Shown here: positions 59,312 through 64,000 of the stretch, in pieces
Numbering within the stretch: position 1 is the stretch's first letter
Layout: every line of letters starts with the position of its first letter
NCBI GenBank assembly: GCA_030248215.1
Contig: JASANG010001737.1
Span: 434,001 to 498,000 of the forward strand
Length of the DNA stretch: 64,000 nucleotides
Reading direction: 5' to 3'
Origin: Enoplolaimus lenunculus
Taxonomy: Eukaryota
The notes under the pieces: model-generated
What the model was told of the DNA's origin: nothing
The model's database searches: none
What the model saw: the letters and a program-made list of their open reading frames with translations, nothing else
Made by a program: the position numbers and the translations under genes

Positions 59312-60214
59312 AAACTAGAAAAAAATGCTCAGCACTTGAGCAAAAAGGGATATGTTTCATATTCCTATTAAAAGTATGGTAAACTAGATCAGCACATTCG
59401 CTTGATGTAACCTGGAAAAGTATTAAGAAACAATAGCTGCCAAAATCATGTTAATTATTAATTTTTCTGAAACATATTGCGGACAGCAAATCTATTTCTA
59501 ACATTGAAGTTTTTGACAGGACTTGTTAGCAATTTTCAGAAATTCCTTAGGGTCGCAGAGACATGGCTGAGGTATACCGCTCTTTGATTTTGCAAGTTAA
59601 TCGATGTTGCCAGAATACGGTGCGATTTGTGAGCTTTTATAGTTGTGACTATGCAGTGAAACAGATAAATAACTCGGATGGGAAATGCGCATTTATATAA
59701 TTTGTCACTAAGGTAAAAAATCGAGTAAACTCAAAGGTCACTTATAAGTGGAGCCTTTTTAAAGCATCAATTGCGATTCGTTTTGTGACGTCTGTTCAAG
59801 AAAGTATCTAACAAAATTGGTCATCAAAACTCTAACAGCCATTATGTCGCCACACAATGCTCTTATGAAATTCAATTAACTATGGTAATACAAAGCCATA
59901 GGTAAATTTAATACGTTTTGTAGAAAACTTCAATATATATTCATGGATTCCAAGCTACATCTGTCTACATTTCAGAAATAATTTCGCTTTGCATTCAAGA
60001 AAAGCATCTGTTTCTTACAAAAATATTACAGAAATTTTGCTGTCCGCAATATGTTTCAGAAAAATTAATAATTAACATGATTTTGGCAGCTATTGTTTCT
60101 TAATACTTTTCCAGGTTACATCAAGCGAATGCGCTGATCTAGTTTACCATACTTTTAATAGGAATATGAAACATATCCCTTTTTGCTCAAGTGCTGAGCA
60201 TTTTTTTCTAGTTT
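59312..60214. mobile_element. Element with ~180-bp near-identical inverted arms, each ending in a Helitron-like hairpin plus CTAG
   Basis: 59312-59490 is the reverse complement of 60036-60214 (about 1 mismatch). The terminus is TGCTCA-AGTGC-TGAGCA-TTTTTT-CTAG-T. Confidence 0.75.
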
Positions 60215-60248
60215 CAACCGCTTTACCAAGCTGCTGCATTAATCCATT

Positions 60249-62222
60249 GGGGTGACATCGTCCGTTGCGGTGAAGCTAACCGTTTGTGTGAAACCAACCC
60301 TTGGGCTGAAACCGACCGTTGAGGTGAAACCAGCCGTTAGGGTGAAACTAACCTCTGGGGCAAAATTAACCGCTGGGGTGAAATTAACCGCTGGGGTGAA
60401 ACGAGCCCCTGGGGTGAAACGAACCGTTGGGCAAAACCAACCGTTGGGGTGAAACCAACCGTTGGGGTGAAACCAACCGTTGGGGTGAAACCAACCGTTG
60501 GGGTGAAACCAACCGTTGGGGTGAAACCAACCGTTGAGGTAAAACCAACCGTTGGGGTGAAACCAACCGTTGGGGTGAAACCAACCGTTGGGGTGAAATC
60601 AACCGTTGTGTGAAATCAACCGTTGGGCTGAAACCAACCGTTGGGTTGAAACCAACCGTTAGGGTGAAATCAACCGTTGTGTGAAATCAACCGTTGGGCT
60701 GAAACCGACCGTTGGGATGAAACCGACCGTTGGGGTGAAACCAATGGTTAGGGTGAAACCAATCGGTGGGGTGAAACCAATCGTTGGGGTGAAACCAACC
60801 GTTGGAGTGAAACCAACCGTTGAGGTGAATCCAACCGTTGGGGTAAAACCAACCATTTGGCTGAAACCAACCTTTGAGGTGAAACCAACCGTTGGGGTGA
60901 AAACGACCGTTGGGGTGAAACCAACCATTTGGGTAAAACCAACCGTTAGGATGAAACCAACCGTTGGGGTGAACCGATCGTTGGAGTGAAACCAACCGTT
61001 GGGGTGAAGCCCACCGTTGGAGTAAAACCAACCGTTGGTGTGAAACCAACCGTTGAGGTGAATCCAACCGTTGGGTTGAAACCAACCGTTGGGGTGAAAC
61101 CAACCGTTGGTGCAAAACCAACCGTTGGGGCAAAACCAACCGTTGGGGCAAAACCAACCGTTGGGGTGAAACCAACCGTTGGGGTGAAACCAACCGTTGG
61201 GGTGAAACCGACTGTTGGGGTGAAAACAACCGTTGGGGTGAAACCGACTGTTGGGGTGAAACCAACCGTTGGGGTGAAACCAACCGTTGGGGTGGAACCG
61301 ACTGTTGGGGTGAAACCAACCGTTGGGGCAAAACCAACCGTTGGGGCAAAACCAACCGTTGGGGCAAAACCAACCGTTGGAGTGAAACCAACCGTTGGGG
61401 TGAAACCAACCGTTGGGGTGAAACCAACCGTTTGGGTGAAACCGACTGTTGGGGTGAAAACAACCGTTGGGGTGAAACCGACTGTTGGGGTGAAACCAAC
61501 CGTTGGGGTGAAACCAACCGTTGGGGTGAAACCAACCGTTGGGGTGGAACCGACTGTTGGGGTGAAACCAACCGTTGGGGTAAAACCAACCGTTGGGGTG
61601 GAACCGACTGTTGGGGTGAAACCAACCGTTGGGGCAAAACCAACCGTTGGGGCAAAACCAACCGTTGGGGCAAAACCAACCGTTGGGATGAAACCAACCG
61701 TTGGGGTGAAACCGACTGTTGGGGTGAAACCAACCGTTGGGGTGAAACCAACCGTTGGGGTGGAACCGACTGTTGGGGTGAAACCAACCGTTGGGGCAAA
61801 ACCAACCGTTGGGGCAAAACCAACCGTTGGGGCAAAACCAACCGTTGGGGTGAAACCAACCGTTGGGGTGAAACCAACCGTTGGGGTGAAACCAACCGTT
61901 GGGGTGAAACCAACCGTTGGGGTGAAACCGACTGTTGGGGTGAAACCAACCGTTGGGGCAAAACCAACCGTTGGGGTGAAACCAACCGTTGGGGTGAAAC
62001 CAACCGTTGGGGTGGAACCGACTGTTGGGGTGAAACCAACCGTTGGGGTAAAACCAACCGTTGGGGTGGAACCGACTGTTGGGGTGAAACCAACCGTTGG
62101 GGCAAAACCAACCGTTGGGGCAAAACCAACCGTTGGGGCAAAACCAACCGTTGGGATGAAACCAACGGTTGGGGTGAAACCGACTGTTGGGGTGAAACCA
62201 ACCGTTGGGGTGAAACCAACCG
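60249..62222 (+). repeat. 18-bp minisatellite GGGGTGAAACCAACCGTT, about 110 units
   Basis: Read directly; divergent units at the 5' edge and homogeneous units with recurring variants further in. Confidence 0.97.
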
Positions 62223-62589
62223 AAAGCTCTATAAAGTGGTGAAAGTTATAATCGTAAAATTACATAGCTAACGTGTAAAAAGTGTTGAACCAAAATGAAA
62301 AATTTCGTGCACTTTCTGTAAGGAGTTTTTTGACCGTAACTATTGAAGACCACACTGGTTTGCGAAATCCTTTGGCACAAATATTCCCTACGTACCAGGA
62401 TACCAGTGTACAAAATTTAAACGATACAGGTCTGATATTACTTGAGCACCAACATGCGAACTAAACTGAAAATACGCGCTTGAGATGCGCGAATCATATA
62501 TATGAACACTATCGTGTTCATATGATTTAAATCCTGATAACCAGTCGTAGTGGGACTACATTTATTGAGCGTAGCTCAAACACACGTAA

Positions 62590-63474
62590 GCAATTAAGGT
62601 AATATGCAAATTAGTTGTTAGCTAACTATTAATTTATGGGTTTTGGACGTCTGTAAGCAATTTCCTCAGATTCCGCGCACCAAAAACCCTTCAGCCACCC
62701 TAATAATTTTTGGAATAATTTCAAAGATTTTGTCTTGTCAATTAAGCTAATATGCAAATTAGCTAATAGCTAACTATTTAATTATCGGTTTTGGAGGTTT
62801 GTAAACAATTTATTCAGATTCCGCGCACCCAAAAACTCTTCAGCCACCCTAATAATTTTTGGAATAATTTCAAAAGTCCTAATTTTGTCTCGTCATTTAA
62901 GCTAATATGCAAATTAGCTAACTATTCAATTATCGATTTTGAATGTTTGTAAACTATTTAGCAAATTCCACGCACCTAAAAACCCTTTAGGGCTGACATT
63001 ATATTGCTTTTAACCTGAATAATTAATGAAATATTGTAAAAAGTCGTAATTTAGGCTTATAAACTATGCTAATATGCAAATTATTTATTAGCTAACTGCT
63101 CAATTATCGATTTTGGAGGTTTGTAAACAGTCTACACGGATTCCTTGCACCCAAAAACTTTTTTATTGTTAAAATTAGATTGCTTCTAACTGTAATAATT
63201 AGTGAAATATTGTGGAAAGTTCTAATTTAGGCTTAATTAATTTTATGCAAATTAGCCTGTAGCTAATAAACGGCTTAAAATTTTAAAACCCCAATGCGAG
63301 GTTAACACCCCAGGATAATTGGCTTTCAAACAAAAAAAGGTTATCAAAATTGGTTCAGCCGTTCCTGAGATTCTTTTCGGACGGACAGACGGACATCCAC
63401 CTTTCGACCCCCAAGTACAAAACATAAAACGCTTGGCGAAACTCCGAACTTCGCTCGGAGTTTCGCTTCGCTCA
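62590..63474 (+). mobile_element. Non-autonomous Helitron/Helentron-like 3' region with 120-190-bp subrepeats
   Basis: Repeated GCTAATATGCAAATTAGCTAACTA..ATCG.TTTTGGA...TTCCGCGCACC units; AAAATTGGTTCAGCCGTTCCTGAGA, a GGACAGACGGAC microsatellite and terminal hairpin GCGAAACTCCGA..TCGGAGTTTCGC, resembling DINE-1/Lep1-type elements. Confidence 0.55.
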
Positions 63475-63962
63475 ACAAACATGACATAATTAAATTTAAA
63501 TCCTGTTAACAAACATGACATCATTGAATTAAGTCCTGTTAACAAACATGACATCATTGAATTTAATTCCTGTAAACAAACATGACATCATTAAATTTAA
63601 ATTCTGTTAACAAACATGACATCATTGAATTTAATTCCTATAAACAAACATGACATCATTAAATTTAAATCCTGTTAACACACATGACATCATTAAATTT
63701 AAATTCTGTAACAAACATGACATCATTGGACTTAATTCCTATTAACAAACATGACATCATTGAATTAATTCCTGTTAACAAACATGGCATCATTGAATTG
63801 AATTCATGTAAACAAACATGACATCATTTGTTTAATTCCTGTTAACAAACGTGACATCATTGAATTTATTTCGTGTTAACAAACATGACATCATTGAATT
63901 TAATTCCTATAAACAAACATGACATCATTGAATTTAATTCCTATTAACAAACATGACATCAT
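63474..63962 (+). repeat. ~34-bp satellite, right part (about 14 copies)
   Basis: Same unit as 59200-59311. Confidence 0.95.
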
Positions 63963-64000
63963 GAAATCTGAATTTTGTTTCCGAAATAGAACTATGACTC

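Noticed and set aside
60252..62271. Long ORFs (VKPTVG)n, (SPQRLV)n and (WGETNR)n
   Set aside because: By-products of a stop-free 18-bp minisatellite that is open in several frames on both strands, with no unique coding context.

Overview
Eukaryotic, AT-rich, intron-rich genomic DNA, most likely from a nematode: GT-AG introns with TTTTAG/TTTCAG-type acceptors and many interstitial TTAGGC repeats, the nematode telomere unit. Protein genes rebuilt by hand from splice sites and motifs: two intronless Sulfotransfer_2-type sulfotransferases (330-1667 minus; 49866-50993 plus), a C18orf21/RMP24 (Rpp21/Snm1-like) homolog, a MALSU1/RsfS homolog with a disrupted 3' end, a zeta-crystallin/quinone oxidoreductase with an apparent +1 frameshift, CCDC47, mitochondrial ATP synthase beta, and the 5' part of a type II transmembrane collagen (colmedin-like) with a very long poly-Gln tract. 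There is one tRNA-Val(TAC). Introns and intergenic DNA are full of small non-autonomous elements. The most notable system is a ~0.59-kb miniature LTR retrotransposon (TRIM) in two copies. It has TG..CA LTRs, a PBS, a PPT and 5-bp TSDs, and each LTR carries a tRNA-like Pol III cassette (Cassandra/Helenus-like design, possibly self-priming). Also notable: a GG-terminal MITE family with 8-bp TSDs whose body is telomere-like TTAGGC repeats, a hAT MITE seen at three stages of nested capture, and a Helitron-like/minisatellite block inserted into a 34-bp satellite. All calls come from reading the sequence and recalled protein motifs; no searches were run.
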